In this document: piece after piece, positions 63,871 to 64,000 of the stretch
Layout of the letters: each line of letters begins with the position of its first letter
Numbering within the stretch: the stretch's first letter is position 1
Assembly: GCA_964522445.1 (NCBI GenBank)
Contig: CAZFUY010000004.1
Span: forward strand, 1 to 64,000
Source of the DNA: an uncultured Thiotrichaceae bacterium
GTDB lineage: Bacteria; Pseudomonadota; Gammaproteobacteria; SZUA-229
Direction: 5' to 3'
DNA length: 64,000 nucleotides
The notes under the pieces: model-generated
The model's input: the letters and a program-made list of their open reading frames with translations, nothing else
Told to the model about the DNA's origin: nothing
The model's database searches: none
Translations under genes and position numbers: made by a program

Positions 63871-64000
63871 ATTAGCTCACTTATTCAAATTTAAGCTTAG
63901 ATTATATCAAACTACATGCTTTCCACAGCCAAATAACTTACGCCGTTACACTAACAATCAACTGCGATGAAATATGATGCAGGTCAATACCTGAATAACT

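Noticed and set aside
1-64000. Search for tRNA, rRNA, tmRNA, known riboswitches, transposases, integrases, toxin-antitoxin pairs, and CRISPR-cas or other defence-system genes
   Set aside because: I recognised none by eye: no T-loop GGTTCGAATCC-type motifs outside coding sequence, and no matching protein motifs in the ORF track. A covariance-model scan (Infernal/Rfam, tRNAscan-SE) and a defence-system HMM scan would be needed to exclude them formally.

Overview
This is a chromosomal window from an AT-rich, Gammaproteobacteria-like genome. Gene order resembles the E. coli truA-accD-folC-dedD-cvpA-purF block and, from memory, the P. aeruginosa metZ..leuC block PA3107-PA3122. I call 52 protein-coding genes. 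I saw no rRNA, tRNA, CRISPR array, transposase or integrase.

Layout:
- 1-14.3 kb, metal homeostasis: partial acr3; a Fur-box-preceded cytochrome c/FTR1 permease plus two tandem CDF transporters; a PhnD-like binding protein plus hybrid histidine kinase; a czcI-like gene plus a czcCBA-type RND pump.
- 14.4-18.9 kb: an MCP and a REC-PAS-GGDEF-EAL protein.
- 18.9-46.9 kb, minus-strand housekeeping backbone: metZ, purF, cvpA, dedD, folC, accD, trpFBA, truA, fimV, asd, leuB, leuD, leuC, aroC. Three inserts interrupt it: a peptidoglycan-peptide trimming cluster (20.2-24.0 kb), an FNR-box / Cys-rich peptide / porin / dihaem cytochrome c unit (32.0-34.4 kb), and an entericidin-like mini-gene between leuC and leuD.
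- 47-50.2 kb: two signalling genes split aroC from prmB.
- 51.2-53.2 kb: PCuAC-psd.
- 53.6-56.3 kb: complete EF-P beta-lysylation module.
- 56.4-60.4 kb: a FimW-like PilZ protein plus a FimX-like degenerate GGDEF-EAL protein.
- 60.6-63.9 kb: an orphan HemN-like radical SAM gene, a DUF2846 lipoprotein and yaaA.

The most unusual non-coding signal is that almost every same-strand gene junction carries a long palindromic repeat element. Several families are built from phased 8- or 10-bp sub-units with CGCAAA, CGCGAA or CACAGAGG cores.

All calls come from reading the sequence and the ORF track. No database search or computation was possible, and family names are recognition-based.
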